Below are positions 12,307-22,506 of a stretch of DNA of 64,000 bases, piece by piece. The notes below the pieces were generated by a model, which saw nothing but the letters and a program-made list of their open reading frames with translations, had not been told where the DNA came from and searched no databases. The stretch's first letter is position 1; every line of letters starts with the position of its first letter. The stretch is from Octopus vulgaris (taxonomy: Eukaryota), in NCBI GenBank assembly GCA_951406725.2, contig OX597821.1, forward strand, positions 54,436,001 through 54,500,000, given 5' to 3'. The translations under genes and the position numbers were made by a program.

Positions 12307-12599
12307 TCATCTTTTATATGTGATAAAGTGATAAATAAAGTAAAAATATCTTTTAAGAAAATGGTACTCAATACAAAACTATAGAGCAATGTATTCATTC
12401 ATATTTGGAAAGCAATATATAAAAATATGGCACCAGAGTTAGCGTATCAGCACAAAATCTCTGCTAACCTAGTTTCATATTTCTTACCATCATATTATTT
12501 TCTTTCTTTCTTTCTCTTTTTTTCTTTTTTTCTAATTGCATGTATGTATGTATGTATGTATATGTGTCTAGATAGATAGAAAACTGCTACGATCAATGG

Positions 12600-12830
12600 G
12601 AAAATGAATCCCAACCAACTTTTGTGTGCACAATTTGTGACAGACCATGCCTTTATTTTGCTGGGCTCAAATCTCACCTGTAGACCCATGAAAAGCAAAC
12701 TTCCACCCACTATTCTGCTTATTGATCTGTACATATCTGTCAATGCCATGTATGCCAAAAGGTCTACAAATCTAATGGAGGCCTCAAAAGACATTTTAAG
12801 ATCCACAAAGATCAGAACTTAACTGCAGTT
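12600..12830 (+). pseudogene. Two decayed C2H2 zinc fingers, probably an RTE LINE ORF C-terminus
   Basis: FVCTICDRPCFILLGxKSHL.TH (frameshifted) and CHVCQKVYKSNGGLKRHFKIH. Confidence 0.55.
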
Positions 12831-13044
12831 CTTGTGGTCCAAAAACAGGCCAAATCAGACTGGAGTCTAGTGCAGCCTTCCTACTTGCCAGCCCTAATCA
12901 AACTGTCCAACCCATGCTAGTATGGACAATGAATGTTAAAGGATGATAATGATGATGATGATGATGATATATACACATGTCTGTCTGCGGGGAGGGGGGT
13001 ATGCATGTATGTATGTATGCACATACACACATACATACATACAT

Positions 13045-14345
13045 CTAGATGAGATGCAGTTTGGTTTTGTGCCAAGTAGAAGCACTACTGATGTTATATT
13101 TCTGGCAAGGCAACTGCAGAAGCATTACCTAGCCAAAGATAACCCTCTGTACTTGGCTTTAGTTGACTTGGAGAAAGCTTGTGACAGGGTCCTCCAATCC
13201 CTTATCTGGTGGTCAATGCAGAAACTAGGGATAGGCGAGTAGTTGGTGAGAGCCATATGAGCCTTGTACAGAGACGCTATCAGTAAGGTGAGGGTGGGTA
13301 ACAAGTACAACGAATAATTTAGGGTACAAGTAGGGGTTCAGCAAGTATCGGTGCTCAACCCCCTCTTGTTCATCATAGTCTCCAGGCAATAACAGAGGAA
13401 TTTGAGACAGGGAGCTCCTGTATGCTGATGACCATTCTCTTACAGCAGAATCACTACCTGAACTAGAGAAGAAGTTCCAGATATCGAAGCAAGGTCTAGA
13501 ATCAAAGAGCTTTCAAGTCAAACTAGCAAAAACCAAGGTTTTAGTAGGAAGGCAGATAAATCACAAATCCCCTCAGATAGATGGCTCTGCTTAATCTGTA
13601 GAAAAGGTGTAGGCAGAATCTTCATAAGATTCAACCTTTGTGCGCTTTGGACTCATAAAAGGTGCAGTAACATCAGAGGAAGGTTAACAGGGAAACTAAC
13701 TTTTGTATGTGGAAGGTGCACAGGTACAATACATGCTGAAAATGGGCAGAAAATAGACTCCATCAACTACCAGGTGGGTAAGCTGAAGGTAGTAAATAGC
13801 TTCTGTTATCTAGATGACCAAATTAGTAGTGGAGGTGGATACTCCAAGAGTTCAACTGTGAGAATAAGATTAGGCTGGGCAAAGTTCAGAGAGCTCATAC
13901 TCCTGCTAGCAACAAAGGGCGTCTCTCTGAGTGAAAGGTACATTGTTTGATGCCTGTGTGTGAACGGCTATGCTGATGGCAGGGAAACTTGGGCTGAGGA
14001 CAGGTGAGGACATCCGTAGGCTTGAAAGAAATGAAACCAGTATGCTTCGCTGGATGTGCAGTGTCAGTGTGCATGTTTGACAGAGTGTAAGCATCTTGAG
14101 AGAAAAGTTAAGAATAATTGCATCAGATGTGGTACTGGTATTGTCATGTGATACATATGGACAAGGACAGCTGTGTAAAGAAGTGCTGATCTCTAACTGT
14201 AATCAGAACCTGTGGTAGAGGTTGACAAGGAAGACATGGGATGAGGTGGTGAAACATGATCTTTGAACTTTGGGCCTCACAGAGGCAATGACTGGTGATC
14301 GAAACTTTTGGCAAAGTGCTGTTCTTGAGAGAACCCATCAAGTCA
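13045..14345 (+). mobile_element. Decayed RTE-clade LINE (RT to 3' end) with internal Cys-rich finger
   Basis: LDEMQFGFVPSRSTTDVIFLARQLQ...LYLALVDLEKA.DRV, VGVQQ.SVLNPLLF, LLYADD, CLICRKGVG...LWTHKRCS...FVCGRC, FCYL, GWAKFREL, with stops and frameshifts. Confidence 0.88.
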
Positions 14346-14559
14346 AGTACACCCATGCTGGTGGTATGTAATGAACATCTTTTGAACATTGGGCCTCATA
14401 GAGGCAAGGTGGCTGAGTTCCTTTCGAGTGTTGAGCCTCATAAAGCAATGACGAAGACCTTTGACATTAAGTCATGCTTGAGAAGAAGAGCCATGAAGCC
14501 AAGCAAAATTGCAATTGTGACAGATACCAGTATCACGCAAATGGCACCCATACTGATGG

Positions 14560-14810
14560 CATGTAAGCACACCCCGGTGTCATGAAAATGGCACCCATGC
14601 AGGTGGTACATAAAGGCACCCATTACATTCTTGGAGCGGTTGGCATCAGGAAGGGCATCCAGCTGTAGAAAACCATGCCAAATCAGCTTGGAGTCTGGTG
14701 CAGCCTTCTAGCATGCCAGCCCAGTCAAACTGTCCAACCCATGCCAGCATGGACAATGGATGTTAAATGATGATGATGATGATGATGATGACGATGATGA
14801 TGATGATGAT
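14560..14810 (+). mobile_element. Repeat family D (3' end with 'ggcatcaggaagggcatccagctgtagaaa' domain and (GAT)n tail)
   Basis: The same sequence occurs at 12845-12968(+), 19365-19560(-), 24490-24660(-), 27400-27570(-), 35340-35475(+), 39895-40190(-) and 56115-56490(-). Confidence 0.7.
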
Positions 14811-16111
14811 TATACACACTCACCAACATATTCTTTTATAAATATTGAAATAGCTTCAAAAGTATACTTTAAGTTAAAGATTTTTTTTCTTTCTTTCAAT
14901 ATTAAAATACAGAAATTTTTATTTCCATAAATATCATATTTATTTGAACCTCCTCCTCTCTCTTTTTAAAATGTTCATTATTTAGGTTTCAATAGAAAGT
15001 TTTCTTTTTAAAGTGTTTCACAAATTTCATAATAAGTTAACAAAAGAAAAAAAATATGAAACCAATTTCTCACTCAAGTCACAAAGAACAGGGAAGAACT
15101 TTTTCCAATGTGTGCAAGATTGTTTACCTCTTAAGTAGAAAACAGTAAGCTTTATGCGATAAGAGCAGTCTAATAATGGTATCCGTACTGAAATATTTTA
15201 AAGAATTATAAAAGAGAATCACAAAAAGCTGTGTACATACACTCCACACCCACCCACTCACACACATACACATATGCACACATGCACACACACAATTACA
15301 TGAATACATATGTGTGTTTTGATGTGCAAGTGTGTGAGCATATGTATGTGGACATGTGTGAGTATGTGTGCTTATATCTGTGTGTGTGTGAAGTAAAGTA
15401 TGAAATTTGGTATTTTATGCCACTGAGCAAAGATTTTCCTGGTGATTCAGACTGAATCCTTTATCAGAAAGAGAAAATTTGTTCTCAGTACTGTCCCACA
15501 AAGTGTGATATACAAACAGATAGCAATTGAGCAATGAAGTTAAGAAACTTGCTTCATAATCACATGGTCACAGGTTCAGTCCCATTGCATGTCACTTTGC
15601 ACAACTTTCATTTATGTTGCCCACAGGCCACCTAAAACTTTGTGAGCATTCGGTAGCCAGAAACTGAAAGAAGCTTGTTATTCATACATAAATCCAAAAC
15701 ACACATGCGCGTGCGTGCATGCAAACACATGCACACTTACATACTACATGCACATACGCACTCATATATTTAAATTTGTATCTGTAAGTATGTATGTTTA
15801 TGTCTCCTTGACTTGACATGATACGCTAATTGTAAACAAACATCACCATCATACCAGTGGTGTTGTTTGTTTGTTTGTTTGTAATGTTCTATGAAGCCAA
15901 TGTGCTGTTCATGTTTGAAGTACTAGGGGAAATATTACCTTCCATGTGTACAGGTGTGGATTGGTGACAAAATCCACTTTGATGAATTTTATCAGACACC
16001 TGCAAGTATGGAAAAGTAGATGTTAAAATGATGATGATATGATGATGATGATGTGAGGTGAAGAGGAGACAGAGCATGTCGTGCATCAAAGATAGTACCT
16101 TCTATTAGATA

Positions 16112-16624
16112 CTAGCAGTATCGCCCAGCGTTGCTCGGGTTTGTAAGGGAAATAACTATATAAGCATTTTTAGAGAGTTACTTCCCTTATAGATGCCAAT
16201 TCGGGCTTTCTTAGCCATTTCTGTTTCGGTGTCTTCAAGCCATGAAGTCGTTGTTCTAAAAGAACGCCGGTCTCCTTGACAACACTTTACGACGTTGATT
16301 TCCTTACACTCCCTTCCCCACAGCTTCACGAGGGAGGGAAGAAGGGGGAGAAGCAAACAGGTGCAGGTGTGACCATGGACGCCAACTCCGCCGCCATCGA
16401 CACACGAAAAATTATGCATTAAAATGGAATAAAAAATTATGTTAAATTATTTTTAAAATAGTAGACTCATCGTAGACATGCGCTAATACTCAGACGGGCT
16501 CGATATGAATCACGACTATAAGATACCCAAATTTGGTTAAACTGCACCGCAAAATGTGGGAGTAGTTAGGAATCTAAATCGAAGGGGACAGACACTCACA
16601 CAACTACAGTTTTATATATATAGA
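16112..16624 (-). mobile_element. Non-autonomous Helitron, copy 1
   Basis: Minus strand begins TCTATATATATAAAACTG and ends ...CCCGAGCAACGCTGGG-CGATACTG-CTAG. It has a subterminal hairpin, is inserted between A and T, and has no TSD. Near-identical to 61522-62040. Confidence 0.85.
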
Positions 16625-17472
16625 TATCTGTTTCATATGTGATGGACACAATGCGATGTGTACCTGTAAGTATCCAGGGCTCAATATAATGAAATAAAAT
16701 TGTTAAAAGAAGTACCCCAGCATGGCCAGAGTTCATCTTCTAAAACTGATACCAGAATAAAATGAGGAAATTATAGAGTTATTTTCTCAGCGATCATGAT
16801 AAATTTCTATTTTAGCAGAACACTTCTAAGTGGAAATATTTCCTGGAGGTTTATAAAATGAAAAATTACAATTTAGTACTTAAGAGCAATCATATTTCAT
16901 AATTTCGCACTCACACACACACACACACACCATTTTATAGGCTGCAATTATGATAGATGAAATGACACACACACACACATATAGTGAGAGCGGAGGGAGA
17001 CACTAAGAGAAAGCGAGTCAAACATACACATGCAATACATATGCATATGTATATGCCTGTTTCTATCTCCTTCCCATTATTTTTATCTCCTACCCATTTT
17101 ACATGTGTATGTGTGTATACACACACATACACACACACGTTACAAATACATGTATCTGTGTACGTTTTGAATATTTCAGTCTATACAGCTATACAGGCAC
17201 CAGGTGTATGAGTCTTCAACAGCAAAGTTCTAAATGTGATGACTTGTACTGCTAAAAAAAAAATTGTATATATATATATATACATCAAAAATGCTAACTT
17301 TGCAAATATTTTCATTTAAAATACTGCAATAAATATTCCTATTAGTCAACCTATTTTATATATTTACAACATATAGATATATAAACATTCATATTATATA
17401 TGCCTGCATTCATACATATTTATAGATGCACACTCTCTATCTATCTATTTATCTCTCTCTCTCTCTCCCTCT

Positions 17473-17527
<55 letters not shown>

Positions 17528-17650
17528 TATACATACATATACATATACATACATATATATACATACATACATACATATATACATATATATATACATACAT
17601 ACATATACATATACATACATACATATACATACATACATATATATATAGAG

Positions 17651-17820
17651 AGGGAGAGTTTACGAAAAAAACAAAAGACGAAGACAGGTGGTGTACAAAA
17701 CAAACAGATGTATTAGTATAACGTTCAGGAATAGAAAGTCTTTTACGTTTTGAGCCTACGCTCTTCTACAGAAAGGGACACAGAAAAAAACAAGGAGAGA
17801 AAAAATGTGTGTACTGGCTA
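17651..17820 (-). mobile_element. Short PLE-end-like repeat with CUGUNGA hammerhead-like motif, copy 3
   Basis: Homologous to 7186-7340 and 9260-9446; next to (TA)n/(TACA)n. Confidence 0.6.
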
Positions 17821-17889
17821 ATATAAATATATTGAAGGTTGTTAAAAGGGAATCATGGTACTTATACATACATATATGCATAAGTACCA

Positions 17890-18342
17890 GGCGTGGCTGC
17901 ATGGTAAGAAGCTTGCTTCCCAGCCACATGATTGCAGATTCAGTTCCACAATATATCACCTTGGGCAAGTGTCTTCTACTATAGCCACGGGTCAACCAAA
18001 GCCTTGTGAGTGGATTTAGTAGACGGAAACTGTAAGAAGACAGTCGTATATATATATACATACATATACAAACACACACACACACAAATACACATATATA
18101 TATGTTAATGTGTGTGTGTCTTTGTCTTGTGTCTGTGTTTCTCCCTACCATCGCTTGGCAACCGATGTTGGGGTGTTTACATCCCCATAACTTAGGAGTT
18201 CAGAAAAAGAGACAAATAGAATAAGTACCAGGCTTATAAAGAATAAGTCTTAAGGTCAATTTTCTGACTAAAAACCCTTTTAGGCAGTGCTCCAGCCTAG
18301 CTGCAGTCAAATGTCTGAAACAAGTAGAAGAGTAAAAGAATA
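17890..18342 (+). mobile_element. SINE family B, near full length
   Basis: ggcgtggctgcatggtaagaagcttgcttcc head, ccttgggcaagtgtcttctactatagc core, internal microsatellite, ...ctgaaacaagtagaagagtaaaagaataa tail. Confidence 0.75.
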
Positions 18343-18386
18343 AAATAATATATATATATATATAGATAGATAGATAGATAGATAGA

Positions 18387-19329
18387 TACAAGGGTGTGTC
18401 AAAAGTTATATGCACTCTTGTTTTTTCAATGTATTCACACAAATGCTGGGGATAAATAAGTGCAATATTTTTCTATATAGTCTTCTTCCTTTCCGATGCA
18501 CTTGCTCCAGTGGTTCACAAGCTTGTGTATTCCCTCCAAGATGAAGGTTTCCGATTGGGTGTGCAACTATTTATGCACTGCTTCCTTCACATCTTCATCC
18601 ATAGGAAATTGACAACTTTGTAAACCATCTTTGAGCAGTCCAAAGGTATGGTAGTTGGAAGGGATGAGATCTGGGCTGTAGGCTGGGAGTTCCAGCACCT
18701 CCAAACCCTATTAGTTAATGGTTTCAAGGGTCTGGGCAACCATGTGTGGGCGTGCATTGTCATGCAACAACAAAACGTTCTTTGACAATAAACTTCAGCA
18801 TTTGGTGTGAATTGCAGGCTTCAGTTTGTTATTTCTTTATTGCCCACAAGGGGCTAAACATAGAGGGACAAACAAGGACAGACAAAAGAATTAAGCCGAT
18901 TATATCGACCCCAGTGCGTAACTGGTACTTAATTTATTGACCCCAAAAGGATGAAAGGCAAAGTCGACCTCGACGGAATTTGAACTCAGAATGTAACGGC
19001 AGACGAAATACTGCTAAGCATTTTGCCTGGCATGCTAACGTTTCTGCCAACTTGCTGCCTTTGCAGGCTTCAGTTTGTTGGCCAGCAAAGCACATCACGC
19101 ACTGTTGATCATATAATTTTGATTGGATCACTGCTCTTTGTTCTTCTTTGGTGTACATTGCTTATGAAGCAGCTATGCTTACACTGTAAAGCCAGAAATA
19201 AAAATGGCATGATCACTTCAATCATGTGACCACAATATTCCCAACTATAAGCATGCATGCACAGAAGGCAGTGTGACAATAATAAACATATGTTATGGCG
19301 ACCGTGTGGATAAGTTTTGACTTCCCTTC

Positions 19330-19330
<1 letters not shown>
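18387..19330 (-). mobile_element. Internally deleted mariner transposon, interrupted by a SINE
   Basis: TIR-like ends tacaagggtgtgtcaaaagttatatgcac / gtgtggataagttttgacttcccttca. Minus strand reads MYTKEEQRAVI (N-terminus) and ...PAYSPDLIPSNYHTFGLLKDGL...EGIHKLVNHWSKCIGKEEDYIEK. Confidence 0.85.
18831..19060 (-). mobile_element. SINE family A with perfect 19-bp TSD
   Basis: TSD ttgcaggcttcagtttgtt at 18812-18830 and 19061-19079; tRNA-like A/B boxes; gtcgactttgcctttcatccttttggggtcaataaattaagtacc core. Confidence 0.9.
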
Positions 19331-19360
<30 letters not shown>

Positions 19361-19884
19361 GAGATATCATCATCATCATCCTTTAATGTCCATTCTCCAT
19401 GCTGGCATGGGTTGGACAGTTTGACCAGAGCTGGTGATCTAGAGATCTGCACCAAGTTTTAGTCTGATTTGGGTTAGTTTCTACAGTATGATAACCTTCC
19501 TGATGCCAATCACTTTACAGTGTGCGTTGGGTGCTTTTAACATGGCACCACATGATTGCTCTTACATGGCACTGGCACACAACTCTTGCAAGCCAATCGC
19601 CTTCACCAGGGTGAGTGGCCTTAACACTTCTGTTATATATATATATATATATATTTCTATAACAATATAGGGTAAAATTAATTAATTAATTAATAATTTT
19701 ACCAAGTAGTTCAGTATGTTAAAAGAACCATTATAGGTAAACTTAAACAAAATTTTTTATAATTATGGGTATAATTATAATTAGGGCTCAGCAAAAAATT
19801 TGTTTCACCACATACCGAAAATTTAGAAATAGCAGTTAAAACTAGCTTTTTCTCTACTATAAGAAAATCTCCCAAACAAATATA

Positions 19885-20260
19885 TATTTTTGTATTTAGG
19901 AATGGTCATTTTGCCAGTTTAGCTAATAAAAACACACGCACTATATATTTGGTGTTACATTCAATAGAAAAACAAAATGGCTGATGGTTAGTAAGGAAAG
20001 ACACACAAATAAGAAAGAAGAAAGCAAAGGTCCACTGATGCGGTCACAGGAGTGTGACGAAAGAACTCTGGCTGAAATAAGATTAAGATTAATGTAAAAA
20101 ATAAACAACGCTGAAGCAAAGTAACACCAAATTTATAGTGCGTGTGTTTTTATAGGCTAAACTGGCAAAATGACCATTCCTAAATACAACAATATCTGTT
20201 TCAACACACGATTTCACATAAAAAATCTTGCACAACAAATATATAAACGTAAAAATATAT
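19885..20260 (+). mobile_element. Fold-back PLE-end element with central hammerhead-like motif
   Basis: Arms of about 70 bp (19890-19960 / 20121-20190). At 20032-20071: cca-CTGATGC-g-gtcaca-ggag-tgtgac-GAAA-gaac-TC-tgg. The right arm is similar to 275-360 and to 50680-50760, the latter downstream of a GIY-YIG relic. Confidence 0.7.
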
Positions 20261-21259
20261 ATTTCTATTTAATCTAACATCTGAACTTCTTTAACTGGAA
20301 TTATGCAAATAATAGTAATCAGTTAAACGCCTGAAAAAAATTGTGAATATGAATGATTTGTGTGAGAGGATATTGATAATGCTTTCCATATTAAAGTAGA
20401 AAGATAACTGTTCCTCTTAGTAGTTTAAAATATGTATGTGTGTATGCATGAGCACTATAGAAGTATGTGTGGAAAGAGGATACGTGTGTGAGTGCTATAT
20501 GTGTATGTGAGAGAAACTGTGTGTGTGAGTGTATGTGTGTGTGTTTAAAATTCTATTGAAACAATAGTGAAAATTTGAAATGTAAATATTATAAAAATTG
20601 AAATGAATTGTATGTAAAAGTTCTATTTGAATATTTTCAAGACTTCTAGACTTGATAAAAAGAAGTCAAAAGAATGAAATTAGAATAGCGAGAAAAATTT
20701 AAACTGTAACTATTAACAAAATATTTATGATACTTGGCATGTATTATCTTTCAAGTCAAAACAAATCAAGAACGTGAAAGGCCAATGGTGATTATGCAGA
20801 AACCATGACAAATGTCAACAACAATAAAACAAACTGTGTGCTAAAGGTATCTTTGTGAGAAAAGACAGAGAAAGAGCGAGAGAGAAAAAGAGTCTGCATG
20901 TGTGCAAGAGTGTGTATATGTGTGTGTGTTTGTGTGAGTGTGTGTACTGTATGGATGTATGAAAGAGACAGTGTATGTGAGTGTGGATATTGTATGTTTG
21001 TGAGAAGAAGATAGACCACATGTGTGTGACTGGGAGGACACCATGTTGGTTTTGCTCATGAATTTATATGAAAACATTTCTATTTGAATATTTTCAATAC
21101 GACAGACTTGATAAGAATCCTCTAAAGTTTTTACCACAACAGAATTTGTAATTAAGAAAATATATATGAAACCAATACTAGTATTGGCTAGACAGCTTCA
21201 ACTATGATCCAGGTACAACCAAACATCCTTTAGACTTTTGCTATAATTCACATACATAC

Positions 21260-21366
<107 letters not shown>

Positions 21367-21710
21367 CACATATATATATGTGTTTAAAAATAGGATAAAA
21401 TCTTTATCAGAATTTATCAAGCAGTCCATGTGAAAAACCTCATAAGGAAAATTCTTTTAATTATTCCCTTTAAATATATTTATTCATATAAGAGCATTAC
21501 TATACATAAATGCCTGATGATATGAGAGACTCTTAAAGTCAAAACTACCATAATAAATACAGTGTACTGAACACGAGGGAAATGCAACTATTGAAGCGAC
21601 CTCCTTAAAAACAGATTCAGCTGCAGATCATATGATAAATGTATATATATATATATATATATATACACATACACACATATATATATATATACACACACAC
21701 ACACATATAT

Positions 21711-21742
<32 letters not shown>

Positions 21743-22290
21743 TGTGAAGTATATTTGCTACCTAAATGTGGTGGACCCATAGGGTACGATACTACTGTTG
21801 TTTATAGCCCCAGGAGGACATCACTTCCAGCTGGCTAACGACACACTGTCTGTGTCTAATTAGTATTTGTGAAGGAAAATCATCATTCCCATCTCTAGCC
21901 TTAAGTGATATGCACAGACCCGGGTTTCTGGGTAGTAACCCATCATCAGTGTGTGATAATCACCAGCTAGTGATGAAAACTCATTCCAAACGCAAAATAC
22001 TATCTGCTTTTTCCAGTGACAAACTGTCGCTGATCTTGAAAAAGGAGAAACAAGTAATAATAAATCTCTGAGCGAAATGTAAACAGTAGCAGCACGGAAT
22101 CATAAATTCCCTTCGCAAATACTAATTGGAGACAGCGTGTCATTAGCCAGCTGGAGGAGATGTCCTCCTGGGGCTATAAATAACAGTAGCACTCCTCCCC
22201 CCTATGGGTCTGCCACATTTAGGTGGCAAATATACTTCCCGATTCCGTGCTGCTACTGTTTACATCTCGCTCAGAGATTTATTATTGGTA
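21743..22290 (-). mobile_element. Non-coding PLE-end (pLTR-like) element with internal inversions
   Basis: 21746-21880 is a diverged inverted copy of about 22106-22240. 22056-22101 is an inverted copy of 22241-22286 with one mismatch. Contains an intact HHR. Flanked by (TA)n/(TACA)n. Confidence 0.7.
21913..21953 (-). ncRNA. Canonical minimal type I hammerhead ribozyme
   Basis: Minus strand: caca-CTGATGA-tgggt-tact-accca-GAAA-cccggg-TC-tgtg. All core bases are intact, the cleavage triplet is GUC, and stem III is palindromic. Confidence 0.9.
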
Positions 22291-22303
22291 CATACATACA
22301 TAC

Positions 22304-22347
<44 letters not shown>

Positions 22348-22443
22348 ATAAAACGGTAAGATAACAAAAGAAAGAAAGAGACCTCAATATTATGTAAATA
22401 GAGGAAATTTATCTATACAATATGTTACATTACTCGGTAGTCA

Positions 22444-22506
22444 AGATAAAACTCTGAGTTTCAGATGCCGAAGTGGAAATCCACAACACCATCTCATCGG
22501 TTATCT
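22444..22506 (-). ncRNA. Variant hammerhead ribozyme (CCGAUGA core) in inverted pLTR
   Basis: Minus strand: agataa-CCGATGA-gatg-gtgtt-gtgga-tt-tccac-ttcgg-catc-t-GAAA-ctc-a-gag-TT-ttatct; 6-bp stem I. Confidence 0.7.

Noticed and set aside
11936-12398. Overlapping [12 protein letters not shown] ORFs (also near 8100, 17400, 24250, 26420, 50800, 54870 and 57760)
   Set aside because: Translations of stop-free dinucleotide and tetranucleotide microsatellites.
21505-21555. Very decayed HHR-like traces (also near 30225-30270, 55640-55690 and 58355-58410)
   Set aside because: Several core or stem mismatches; not distinguishable from chance by eye.
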